DNA of 64,000 bases from Convolutriloba macropyga. Its lineage: Eukaryota. The stretch covers positions 30,814,001 to 30,878,000 of the forward strand of contig NC_134477.1 of NCBI RefSeq assembly GCF_964194025.1. Direction: 5' to 3'. The notes below the pieces were generated by a model. The model searched no databases. It had not been told where the DNA came from and worked only from the letters and a program-made list of their open reading frames with translations. This document shows positions 36,767 through 49,600 of this stretch, piece after piece (positions within the stretch are counted from its first letter, which is position 1; each line of letters begins with the position of its first letter). The translations under genes and the position numbers were made by a program.

Positions 36767-39700
36767 TTGAATGCAGGCGCCGATGTCATTAACATTAAAG
36801 CACTTCAGGAAACATACCCGCTTCTAGCAGTTCTAGACCCAGTTACATATTGCTATGGAAACATCGAGATGATACTTGGACAGGATGAGTATCATGCCAT
36901 CCGCCCGTTAGAGTTCTTCGCTGCCGACGAGAAGTCCTCGCCCTTCGCTGTTCGCTTGCCCATAGGTTGGGTTCTAAGCGGCCCTCTACCGTCGTCTTCA
37001 GGTTTAGTCTCGACTTGTTTCAAAGCTAATTTGGAGCAGGATTTCGATCTCGCTAGTCAGGTAAAATCTTGGTACGACATGGAGGCGTACGGCGCACTTA
37101 AGCAAGTAGACCCACGATCCTCCTCGAATGCACGTGCACATGAAATTCTTGAAAACACCACGGTGCATAATGGAAAAAGGTACAATGTCGGAATGCTATG
37201 GGCTGAAGATAACATCGAACTGCCCAAAAATTATTTCTCAGCTCTTGTTCAATTAAAATCTTTGGAAAAGCGGCTTGCGAAAGACCAGACTTTAAGGGAA
37301 AAGTACTCGAATACCATCAAAGAGGACTTCGACAAAGGCTACGTAGTAAGGATCAAAGATGCTCATAAGGTAGAAGGTCGCTCGGAACGACAGTGGTACC
37401 TACCACACCATCTGGTTGTTAACCCGAACAAGCCGGGCAAGGTCCGCAGGGTACTAAACGGAGCAGCTAAATTCCATGGCGCATCTCTTAATCAGTCGTT
37501 ACTCACCGTACTTGACTTACCGCAAAACCTAATCTATGTACTCCTACGGTTCAGACAACATCCATTTGCCGTATCCGCCGACATCGAGGGAATGTTCGTT
37601 CAGGTTGGAGTGTTACCATGTGATCAGCCATCATTGCGCTTTTTGTGGCGGGAGGACCCCACATCAAATGTTGTGGTACACCAGTTTACACGCCACATCT
37701 TTGGGGCAAAAGATTTGCCCAACTGCGCCAACTACGCGCTTCAACGCACGGCAAGTGATAATGCTAAGGATTACCCAGAAGCTGCAAAAGCCGTCCTTGA
37801 GAACTTCTACATGGACAATTACTTAGACTCAGTGGAATCCCCCGAGAGGGCCCTCATTAGGTCGAAGGAATTGGTACATCTTCTCCATCTAGGTGGGTTC
37901 AAGCTTACTAAGTTTGTAAGCAATGTACCAGATCTGGCTGTCCGAATTGATGGGTCAGCTCAATCCACTGAACCGAAGGTCATCGTTTCATCCAAGAAGG
38001 AATCAATGCACGTGCTTGCGCTTAAGTGGGATCACAACAACGATACTGTGGTTGTGAGTAGAGGTACTAACAGCACCATCACAAAAAGTCTAACACAGCG
38101 CTTGGTCTTAACTCTTGTGTCAAAGGTCTACGACCCGATTGGTCTTGTCGCACCGTTCACTGTTGGTGCTCGGTTAATCTTGAAAGACATTTGGCGTGTC
38201 AATGGACAAAGTTGGGATGACGAGTTACCTAAAGACACAGTTGACATATTCCTTGCCTGGTGTCTTGAACTGCCGCGGTTAGCTGAGATCACTATACCGA
38301 GAAGTTACTTTTCAGGACCATTCCAACATCTTGAACTCCACATGTTTGGTGATAGCTCGCAAGACGTATTCAGTGCAGTAGGTTTTCTTAGGGCTCAAGT
38401 AACTTGCACCTCCGGGGAGATTATAACAGAGCTGGCGTTTGTCTTGGGCAAGGCCCGTGTTGCACCTTTTAAGGTAATGACATTTCCTAAGTTGGAATTA
38501 CCAGCCGTTCTTCTCGATGCCCGTTTAAAACGGAAATCTGTCGAGCATTAACGGTTACAGTGGACAAAGTCTTTATGTGGACAGATAGTACCATCGTCTT
38601 GCAGTGGGTAAAACTCAACAAACAAACACCCCTTCTTCATTGCAAATTGTGTTAGTGAAATCTTGGAGAACACCAGCGTTGACCAAGGGAACCACGTCGC
38701 CAATTGTGATATTCCGGCAGATGCTGGCACTCGTGGTATGTCCGCTGAAATTTTGCAATTAAATAGCTGGGTGAGGGGTTCTGACTTCTTGAGAACTAAG
38801 CAATTCCCTTTTGTACCAAATACTGACGTCGTTGATAACATCAAGCTCGGCGTTGTAACTAAGGAACAAGAAGATGACTCCATCTCATCTCTAGCCGCAT
38901 CCGTAACGAAGCCCCCTAAGGAACAAAGCATTAATCTAATCCCGTTTGATAATTTCAGTTCTTGTCAAAAATTACTTCGTGTCACCGCATATGTGCTCCG
39001 TCTTTTACCATCTCATGAAAGTTACCGTACCTTAGACGGCAGCAAAGCCGACCCTGTTGAGCTTGACGAAGCCGCGCGTCACCTTCAGTACTTGGTTCAA
39101 GGAGAGTCCTTTAATACTGAAAGAAAGGATCTTCTTGACAACAAATCCGTTCAGAAGAGCAGCCGCATTGCTCAGTTCATTCCGTTTATTGGACCTCATG
39201 GTCTCATCCGTTCCTCTGGTCGACTCCGACGGCTAGTGGAAATTGACTTTGACACTAATCATCTTATCGTGCTTGATGCGCGTCATACTTTTGTTAAACT
39301 GTTTCTGCGGCATACCCATTTGACGAACCATCATCGGGGCATCGATTACATAAGGTCAAAGGTACAAGAACGTTATGCCATCCTAAAACTACGTTCCACA
39401 CTGCGTTCCATCAAATCAAACTGCGTCTTGTGTAGAAAGTTCCGTGCAGCAACCATTCAACCTATCATGGCAGACCTCCCAAAGAAGAGACTCGCATACC
39501 AGTCTCCTCCCTTTACCAACACCGGGAATGATTACTTCGGTCCATTCTACGTCACAGTTCGTCGGACTACCGAGAAGAGGTGGGGATTTCTCTTCACTTG
39601 TCTCACTACTCGTGCTGTCCATGTTGAAGTTGTCCCGTCTATGGACACTAGTTCCTGTATAATGGGAGTTGAGCAGTTCGTCTCCCGTCGGGGTACTCCT

Positions 39701-40380
39701 GCTATGATTTTGTCGGATAACGGTACGAACTTCATTGGAGCGGAGAAAGAGCTCCGTGAATGTGTGGAAAAATGGAATACGCTTAATATCGCTGCCGAAC
39801 TTGCCAATAAGTGCATTAAATGGAGGTTCAATCCACCCAGTGCGCCACACCAAGGTGGCATCTGGGAGAGGTTAGTTCGTAGTTTTTAAAGAGTACTGTA
39901 CTCTATCCTCGGTACGCGTCGCCTCACAGATGAGGTTTTGAACACTACTTTTTGTCTGGTCGAACACGCACTAAATTCACGTCCCTTAACGCCTGTGAGC
40001 GCCGACCCGTCCAACCTAGGCGCAATAACACCTAACCATTTTCCTACTGGTAACCAAACAACCAGAATGCCGTCTATCGTTGGCGTTCGATCATCGTAAG
40101 CGGTACGCCCGTGCACAGTCCTACGCTAATGCGATTTGAGCACGTTGGCTTAAGGAGTATGTACCTGCGCAGAAATGAAGAGCTAAGTGGCAGAAGCCTG
40201 CCGAGCATCACCTCAAGGTTGGTGACTTACTTTGGATTGTTGAAGAAAGCAACCCTAGGGGTTACTATCCAACTGCTCGAATTGAAGAACTTCGTTACGG
40301 CTCCGACAGCGTCGCCCGCTCCGCCGTCGTACACACGTCGTTCGGATCGCTCGTACCGATCCTCCCAACATTTTCTTCCA
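36767..40380 (+). pseudogene. BEL/Pao pol: RT, RNase H, integrase (decayed)
   Basis: YLPHH, RRVLNGAA, ADIEGMF, FYMDNYL, YDPIG, MFGDSS, PADAGTRG, DYFGPF, SDNGTNF, GGIWERLV motifs. Confidence 0.93.
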
Positions 40381-40390
40381 GGCCGGAGGA

Positions 40391-40769
40391 TGTTACCGCG
40401 TAATTGAGCAACGCTATTTAAATTAAAGCGAGAATTTAAAGCGAGAAAGGATTACGTAATTTCTTAACAATTTAACATCTAATATGCATAGAAAGCTTTG
40501 AAAAAGTTCGTGTAACATAATTTTCGTTAAGCCAACTAATATACTAAATCGATTGCGCTCTTTTTAGGCTGAATATTTTTATATTTTGAAAACTTATCGG
40601 TGACCAATCTGAGTCCAAAATCGGCTCAGACAATATACCTGTTAAAAGTGATCAAGCTAGATTTGCCGGGCCATTGAGATGGGCCTTTGGCTTAATGCGT
40701 TGTTGAATACAGCCGACTTTATCGTTTTGCTTACTGAATTTACACATCGAAAGACAATTATCAGCTTTA
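40391..40769 (+). repeat. 3' LTR of element 2
   Basis: Follows the PPT and is followed by TSD GTACT. Confidence 0.93.
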
Positions 40770-41923
40770 GTACTCACCAAGAAAACGTCAAGATATGTAC
40801 GAACTTGCAAGTTCTTTGCATGGCTGTCAAGAAAAAAGATCTTGGCAAGATTTCCAAGAAATATTAAACATATCATGGCAAGATATATCAAATATTAAAA
40901 GTTCAATAGCACTTAAGAATGAGATGTAGCAGGAAATCATAAGATTAAGCAAGAATAATCAAGAAATAGCTAGAATTATCAAGAATTATCAAGAATGTAG
41001 GAAAATACCGCTCCTGTTAATTTATTATTCAACAAATGAGTCGCTTTTTTCCCGTATAAAAAAATTTTTAAGTGGATGCTAGCTCGGTATGAACATAGTA
41101 CACACCTTATACAGGACAGCCACCGTTAAGGCCCCCACTAATGTCTCAAAGAAATCTAAAACTTGTAACATGACATAAGACAAAAAAAGCGTTGAAAACC
41201 AAGACAGCAAAAAAACAACACTCGGCAAGTTGAATACATACAAAGCAACTACAGTATTTAAGCATCTAACATCAAATAGGAAAAACAAAAAAAAAGTCAG
41301 CTTAAAAACCAAAAACTTTCATAACTCCATTTTTTTTAAAAAACACTAATTCTGACAGTTTAGGCTCATCGACATTCTTTTTGCAATTGAGAGTGTGAGG
41401 CTTTTTACAACGACGACGAGAACGGTATTCTACATGTTTTTACGATTCCAAGAGAAGTTTGGTATTCTACAGGTTTTTACGAAGCGGAGAGGAGTATTGG
41501 AATTTTTTATCCCCCACCTATCTAACTCTATTGGCCACCGCCTATGCACCCTCCACCATCTCTCTACCCTTCCCCGTATATACTAAACCCCTTCTCCACC
41601 TAGCTAACACCCACCATCCTACCTCCTCTTGTCTACCAGCCCCCACCATCAACCCAACCCCTCAAACTGAAAAGTTCGTTTATTTCTTTGCTCTTTGTTG
41701 CTTCCGATGTAGGTAGAACACCAGCTTTTTATCTTCAATTAGTCTGACTTAGAGATTATATAGCACGACTCTTCGAGCCGTTTCCGGTATTCTACCGGCT
41801 ATAATTTTTTTAGCTAATGCAAATGGTGCATGAGTTAAACTTTGATTTTGAATATTGAATTCTGTTTTAGAAATGTGGTTCATTTTTTCGAACACTACTT
41901 TACTTTAACAGTACCCTTGTTTT

Positions 41924-43766
41924 TATAACGGAAGCTGTTATGCGAAGCTGTAAGCTGATCGAAGCTATATTGCGGTGCTCTTGGTTTTTTACAATCCAAA
42001 GAACTTGAATTGTATTGGGGCGCTGTGTTTTTTTAAGATGTGTTCACACATTTTTCAATGACTTTGATCTTTCAAAACGGGATAAACAGGTAAAGCCCAG
42101 CGGGCATTAAGTTTCATTAGAGGCCAAAAGTGGGCTTTAGTAGTCCCTCAAGTGCTCAGAGTGGTGCTGCTGCGGGGATGGCCTTAATTCAAGGTTAAAA
42201 GGTCATTTTTAGGAGTTTTTGGGCTCAAAATGGTGCAATTTTTCACGTTTTTTTTGTAATTTTTTGAGTTTTTTGTTTGATTAGTCTTAGGTTGAAGTTT
42301 TTAAAGTTAATGAAGGCCTTTTGCGAGACAAAATTACTTTTGTCAATTGTTTTTTGTCAATTTTTGAGTTTTTCCTGCTTCAGGGGTCAGGGAATCTCCT
42401 TTAGGGTTTGATAATAGGGCATTGAATATTTTCTAGTAACAATGGATTGGTTTTCAACATTTTAATGTCTCGAATTTCGGCATTTTTTTGTTGATAAAAT
42501 CTGCAATTTTTTTAAGGTTTTCTAAAGTTTTGTCAATTTTTTTCCATTCTCAAGAGCCAGAAAACTTATTCCACCGTCTGATAAAAAGTTACGGCATTGT
42601 TGTTAGTGTCAATGGATTTGTTTTTCAAAAGTTTAACCCTTCGAATTTGAGAATTTTATTCATTTTTCTTGTCTCAGTAACCAGGTAACCTCATCCAGAA
42701 TTTGATAACATGTTATTATATACAAGCTTGGGTGCATTCGAATGGCTTTCAACATTTTAATAGAACAATTTTCTATTTTTCGAACTTTTTTATTTCTAAA
42801 AACTATCGCCAATGAATTTTTTGAGGCTTGAAATTGGGTTACTGAATAGCCTCCAGAGACAGGGAACTGATTCTGAAGATATTAATATCACGGTTTTTTG
42901 CAACATTTCATTAAATTCGCATTTGATTTGTCATTTTTTTTTTAAAATTTATTGGTCATTTTCAGGTTAATCGATCTTTGAGGGCCAATGAATTTTTTTG
43001 GGCTCTTGCAGATATAATACTCGACCGATTTCAAAAACAAAATTTTGTCTTGAACATATTTTTGAAACATGTATTTTTAAAGGGATGAAATTTTGCCTAA
43101 GGTAAAAAAAAGCTTCAAGAGTTTTAGTAATGAGTATTTTTTTGTTTATTTTGTCTGATTGTTTTAGTTTTCAATTTTTGAGATGATTTTTGTTCAGTTG
43201 ATGTTTTGGCTGGATTTGTTCAGTTGATCTGCTAGTCAGGTAGAGTACTTTTAAGTTTTTCAATCAATTCTTTGAATTGTATTTCAGGACTTGTCCTGCT
43301 ATGTTTTTTTGTTTCGTCGTCTGACGCTCTTTCTTCATTTTACATTTTTTCCCACAGCAAAGCTGAAAAAGTCAAATTTTCTGACTGACTTTTTCCTCTC
43401 ACTAACGGCATTTGCGCGCGTGACGTCATTTCTCACTTAGCAAAAGTTTCTAGGTTATTTGCGTGATTGGAATTTGATCATACGTGACTTACCTCACTCA
43501 ATAAAATGACTTTTGCACTTTAAAACTTAGGTTTAATTTGAATTTGTTTAAGGTCAAAGGAACTCATATGTGCTGTAAAGGTCCCTAATAAAAGGCTTCT
43601 TCGGACTGAATTTTAACAAGCTTTTTTAATTTATCGCTGAATGTTTTTTACTTAGTTTTTTGAGCGGCGGCGATTTTTTCAATTTTGATCGGTATCTGTG
43701 TTTGTATATTATATGGCACGCAGATCTATTCTTTTGCAGCTATTCCGGCAATCTGCCGGCTATGTT
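41924..43766 (+). mobile_element. Helentron/HINE-like element, copy B
   Basis: Collinear with 27174-29092 (e.g. CTTTCAAAACGGGATAAACAG, GTATTTCAGGACTTGTCCTGCT, ACTTACCTCACTC). 3' hairpin CCGGCA-ATC-TGCCGG. Confidence 0.7.
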
Positions 43767-46122
43767 CACTACATAGTTATTAGGAAGTGATGCAGTATTC
43801 AAGGTCGAAATGTGATTTTGAGAAGCTTTCTTCACACAACAGTCCTTCCAACAGATACCCCCACCAATCAGCCCCCCCACCACCACCATTGACCTACTGC
43901 TCAACAATACGCCCCCTTCTAAACTGTTCGCCTCACCAGTCGCTCGAAAAACTTAGCAAGAAACTCTTTCTTCTACAGAGCAAGCTATACACACTTGGCA
44001 TTTTAGCGAAGAAGAACCAGTTTGCACGAGACCCAAGTTTTGTACAAAGTCAATTAATAATAAATCTTAGGTGTAATATTAAAAGATTCTTTTCAATTGA
44101 TTTTTAGTTGAAAATTTTCTTTTTGCAGGTTTATCTTGCAATTGTATCTAGCTCGAAAAAAGTAACTGGTTCAGTCGGAAAAAGTTATTAATTATGGACA
44201 AAAATTGAAATAGTTTTCTTAAAGTTAAATTAAAAAGGCAAAATTAAAACAGATCCACAACGGTTTATCATATTCTTTTGTTTTGATAGAAAATTTCTCG
44301 ACCTTCTTATAATCAGATTAGGATTTTTTCTTCTGTCAGAAAAATCTAGAATTATTCAAGGGACCTGAAGTGAAACGCAAAATTAATTCAAGTTATATAG
44401 CAAATGTAACTGTTAGCTTTTTGGCGTTATAAAAGCTCTATAATCCTGAAAAACAATTGTAACTGATCAAAAATAAACACTAAAATTGAAGAAGTTTGAT
44501 GCAAGATTGCAATAACGACTTGCAAATTTTAATATGCCAAAATTGGTACACGATTATTTATGCGTCGGATTCCGATACAGACCACTGACAACCAGAACTA
44601 CTCAGCAGATCTCTTACATCCATCCAGCAAACAAGAGCATCATCGTCTCAAATCTGAGATGCGAAAAATATAAAGTTTTTCATTAAAAGTAATCAGAAAA
44701 CTCCTCCTTCGATTTGTAACTAATCTGTCTCAAAAGAAAATTTTGACAGCACGTCTGTAGAACCCCAATACGAACCAACATATTTTCCCAATCACCTGAA
44801 AAACACACATCTTAAGTCACAACTGAAAAACAACAAACTCCTACCGGTAATCTTTGAGGAAAATTCGACCACGTGGGAAATTTGTAAAACATTACAGAAT
44901 CAAACAGCTCTAAAATAAAAAGATCAGAAATCACACCCTGTATTATACCTAGTTATGCAACACAGAGCACAAAAATATTCGCAAGCATAGCAAGGTAATA
45001 CTAATGTCTAAATCTCAAGACATGGCCAGTCATCCAAATACAAGATTGCTTCGATTACTAGACTAGCAAATCTATGCCAAATCTTTTAGTGCTGCCAACG
45101 GTCTGTGGTCGAATTTTGATCCATACAGTAACCAACGCATTTTATTGGATAAAAAGGAGTCATTTGACTTCTATCGCAAAGAAACTTATACATCTATGTT
45201 ATCGTAGAGCCCCTCTGTCATTTTGAAGCTCTGAAACCCTGCCTTAGCAACAGCTCCTTCTAGCGCACGAAACACCGACATTTGACCACCGGTTCGCTGA
45301 ATTTGAAATCGCTGATCATCTAGTCGCTGACAACAGAAGTTAGTAATTAACAGTGATTTTCTATAGTTTCGTAGTACATAGAGCGTACAATTTAAAACAT
45401 AAACATCTTATGCTCCTTGGGAAAATGGATAAGCTGAAGAGAGCAATCCACATTAATACACACTCTTAAGCACAGCTTTCGATACACAATACGACACATG
45501 GGCTCGGTAAAAAACAACATTTTATTTTACGCCTTTAAATAACAAGTGCGGACAAATATGAAACTCTCCCTATAGTTTTTAACATCTAGCTGCAGTGCAT
45601 TTCATAACCGCATACTGGCGGATAACTCATCGTCCAACTCTCTTCGTAAACACACTCATACAGATTGTCTTTGTTATCATCGTCATTTCGAAAATTCAAA
45701 GAAAAACTTTTGCTTCTTGGTTCCCTAAAGAAAAAACTTACACACTGATGTCTGTTCCGAAGTCACAAATTGTTTTAAACAAAAAAATGAAAGATTTGGA
45801 TCTATTCTGTTTTGGGCTCCAGCGTAGTGAGCATAAATCTTTTTGAACCCCAGGCGAACGTGCAATTTTTTTTACAGAGTAAGGTGCTGTATAACAAAAC
45901 ATAATTTGTAACTGCGGGTCATGACAAACATTGGGAGGGGGGGGGGACAAAATAGATCCCGCAATTTTTTTGTAAATCGACAATTTAGCAAAACCCAGCC
46001 ACTGATATTTAGTACATATGTTCTCATTGTTTACAACACTCAACAAAAAGATTTGATAAAAGAGTACAACCAGAAAAATGGTTCTCCATAAAATAATTGA
46101 AATCCCCCTAATAGTTACATAT

Positions 46123-46664
46123 CCCGGGTCGAGGTTTTTGGGTAAAATTTTGTAACAAATGCGGTGAATGCGGTGAAATTTTGTAAGAAATGCGGTGATT
46201 GCGGTGAATGCGGTGAAAATAAATATTTCAGCGCATTTCACCGCATTTCTTACAAAAATTCACCGCAAAATTCACCGCTAATGTAAGAAATGCGGTGAAC
46301 GCGGTGAATGCGGTGAAAAAAAATAATTCACCACATTTCACCGCATTTCTTACAAAAAATTCACCGCATATGATTTCCAAAGTTTACTCAATCTGATTTA
46401 AATTCACAAGAAATTCCAAAGCTGTGAGTGAAACTTGGCGCTGTGGACTAAGCAGTTGAAGGCATGCAGGAGGTCAGAGGTTCGATCCCGTGTGGGGATG
46501 ATTCTTTTTTGTAAGAATACTGAAAACGCGGTGAAAATAAATAATTCACCGCGAGTCACCGCATTCACCGCTAAAAGATGTAAGAAATACGCGGTGAAAA
46601 TTATTTTTTTCACCGCATTTCACCGCATTTCTTACGAAAATTCACCGCCAAACCTCGACCCGGG
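46123..46664. mobile_element. MITE of the CCCGGGTCGAGG family with tRNA-like cassette
   Basis: TIRs CCCGGGTCGAGGTTT / AAACCTCGACCCGGG with AT flanks. A box at 46436, B box GGTTCGATCCC at 46479. Near-copy of 4086-4676. Confidence 0.88.
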
Positions 46665-49600
46665 ATTGGTCAGGGGGCTTTCATTGTGAACAAATTATTC
46701 GTAAAAAGAGCAATACTGTCGTTTTTCCCCAAGGATTTTTTCATTGAAAGGAAAAATGCAAAAAAATTGTAGATAATTATATCGTGAAGAGACTATCGCA
46801 AAAGCAGCGGTTGCAAAACCGAAATCCGTCTCGTTCATTGTTGACACACAAGAATAGAATAAAACACATTTTTTTCACAGCCCACAGACCGACTGTCCCG
46901 ACTAAGCAATGAAGACTCGGTAGAATACTATAATCTAGACGCTCGTTTACTAAGACATCCCTCAAAAGACTACCACCACTTTATAACACAAACGAAAAAT
47001 TCTGATTCACTATCAATGCATCTCTAAAAATACAGACACACAAAAAAATACAAAAATCTCCTCTTCTAGAAAATTTCAAGAGAGCGAATATTAGCACAAC
47101 ACAATAAACAGAACTATGTTCATTTTCCCACAAAAATAAATATTTATAACCCTCTTAAACAGGGCAGCGAAATACCTCAGGTCATTCAACCCATACCCAC
47201 CAATATTATTACCTTCAAGGAAACTTATTAATCAAAATCTTGTCATCCAAGACAAACTTGGCGAATAATGAATTCTCTTGTTAACCATGCATAATTTCAA
47301 TTTTTCTCCAATAGGAAATATAAAAAGAGTAAACACTCTTTCTTCAACAGTTTTTTAATGAAAAGATAAGCAAAATTTTATTTGAACACTGGTCTACTGG
47401 TTGGTGCGGGAAACCTCCAAAAAATTTAAGCAAACGAAAAACGACTTGGAAACTTTTCCCTACCATTAGGAAAGTCGAAGTTAGCTGCAAATTCATGAAA
47501 TACAGTCACTTTGTAGTCCTTTTCCTACTCAATTTTTTCTTTCAGCTCTTCTTCCCAATCGAAAAATATTTTGTCCAACTCTCTCTTAACTTCTAAAATT
47601 CTCAGCTCCATCTCTCTAATCTTCTAATTTTGTCTCAACCCTCTCTTAATTTTTCAGGTTCTGGACACATTCTCTCTCTTAGCTTCTAAATCTTCTCAAC
47701 TTTCTCTCTAGATTATCTTCCTGCACTTGGTAAAAGAGCCTAAATTGTATAACTGTTGTATTCACCTCTCTGGTTTTTGCACTCTCCACACTTTGTACTC
47801 TCCACACTTGGAAGGTTCACAATGGAAAATCACTCGTTTCAACGCAACAGAGCCGGTAAAACTCGGCGGCAAATTCAGCCAGTTTGCTCAAAAAACATTC
47901 TTCAAATTATACTTCTCAGTCACAGTCAATAATGAACAACCATTCCTCCTCAGTGATAACTGAGTTATTCTCACGACAACGCCTGGAGATACATTACAAA
48001 AGTATTACATACGCAAAAAATTTAGATAAATAATAAATTTCAGAACAAAGGATATCATTTTTCACAAAAAAATTTAAATCGGATTTTTCAAAATGAAGCA
48101 AGATATTTCTTCTTTGCACTCAAATTCCAAAACCTAGCAATTCCTAAAATCTTTAAGCACCTGTAAAAAGATGTAGTTTAAACACAAAAATTGGAAGCTA
48201 TTCTAGTTTCATACGACTTTACTTTCTTCAAAGATTTTATGAAAAGGAAAGACTAGCTCCAATTTCTATTATCAGTCGTATCCGTACACTAATTTCTTTT
48301 TGTATCGAAAAAACAACTCAAATAGCAATTTTTTGGGAAAATTTTCCTTCGTTTTGTAATTGCTTCTACAAACACAATTTCATTTCGCCAGAAACTCGCA
48401 TGGCGGCAATCCAACTAAGTAACCTCATTCAATTCGTTTACTTTTTAAATTCTGTCGAGCGACCACTATTGGATTTATTACTGTAATATTTGTCGCGATT
48501 CTAACAATTAGTAATGATGAAAATTATTGTCCTAGTCAAAATTTTACAATTCCGGTCCCTATCGACCTAGACCCCAGCACACCCTCATTCGAACAAGTGC
48601 CGACGTGTTGATACAACGACTCCTCAAAGCAGCCGACTTCCAAAAAATCATCATGAAAACTTTCAAAAAAAATGCGAGCTCAATAAACTGAAAAAGACCC
48701 CTAAAACTTCAATACACCTTTTTGGTCTGTAGATTAACCTCATCCCTGTGGACACTCTCCCCATATGTTTGCCGAATCAATAACGCTTCATCGGCTCCAG
48801 TAGCCTACCAATTTAAGCAACAACTAATTTCACATAACATATCACCGTGTTTAGTTTTATATATAGCAATAACAGCTTTGCTACAAATTTCTTTAACACC
48901 GGTTCTGCCACGAGCAGCACAATTACAAATAATATTTTATTCAAGATCTCCTATTATTGTTCCTATACTTCAATAAATTTAATTAAACCAACAAAAACGC
49001 AATGTTCAAATTCATCACAACCAGTGCAGAGTGTCTCAAGATTTTGAAAAACACTATAAAATATTAGCCTAGCGATTTTTGTCCCAAACGAGTTGTCAGA
49101 CAATGACTCTTCAAGCACATAATTCTCTTCACTAACTGCTTCTCAAAAAGCAAACAACCCTTTTAATCCTCATCAATGACTTACTACAAAAACTTAGAGA
49201 GAGTACCCTCTCAAGAACACTCGATTTTGAAATACACTATACTGAGTTGATAAGCAGCAAAGGATTTTTAACGAACACACCTCAAATTTAAAGATCTTTA
49301 CTTCCTTAACAAAGCAAAATAATGGAATGCCTTTTGCTTGATAAACAGAAACAAGATTCTGTAATTTAGAAAGTTGTTGAATGGAAAAAATATAACAACT
49401 GCCCTTCTACAATAACAATTGGAATACGAAAAATAAAAAGTTATTACATTTTTTGTCGTTGTGACATTATAAGTAATAGCGAAAGCAGTCAACTCTTGTT
49501 TTTCCTCCAAAAAAAACACGTCTTCTAAAATTTATCTGCCTTTCTCTTTACTGTTATCCCTTTTTCATTAAGTTTCTCATCAAAATCTCTCAAGCCATCC

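Larger units (their letters stand above)
30309..40769 (+). mobile_element. Full-length BEL/Pao LTR retrotransposon (10.46 kb) with cargo-bearing 5' leader (element 2)
   Basis: 379-bp LTRs at 30309-30687 and 40391-40769 (~23 mismatches by eye). TSD GTACT at 30304-30308 and 40770-40774. PBS TGATGCCGCGACCGG (tRNA-His-like) at ~30692. PPT CCAGGCCGGAGGA. Confidence 0.95.
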
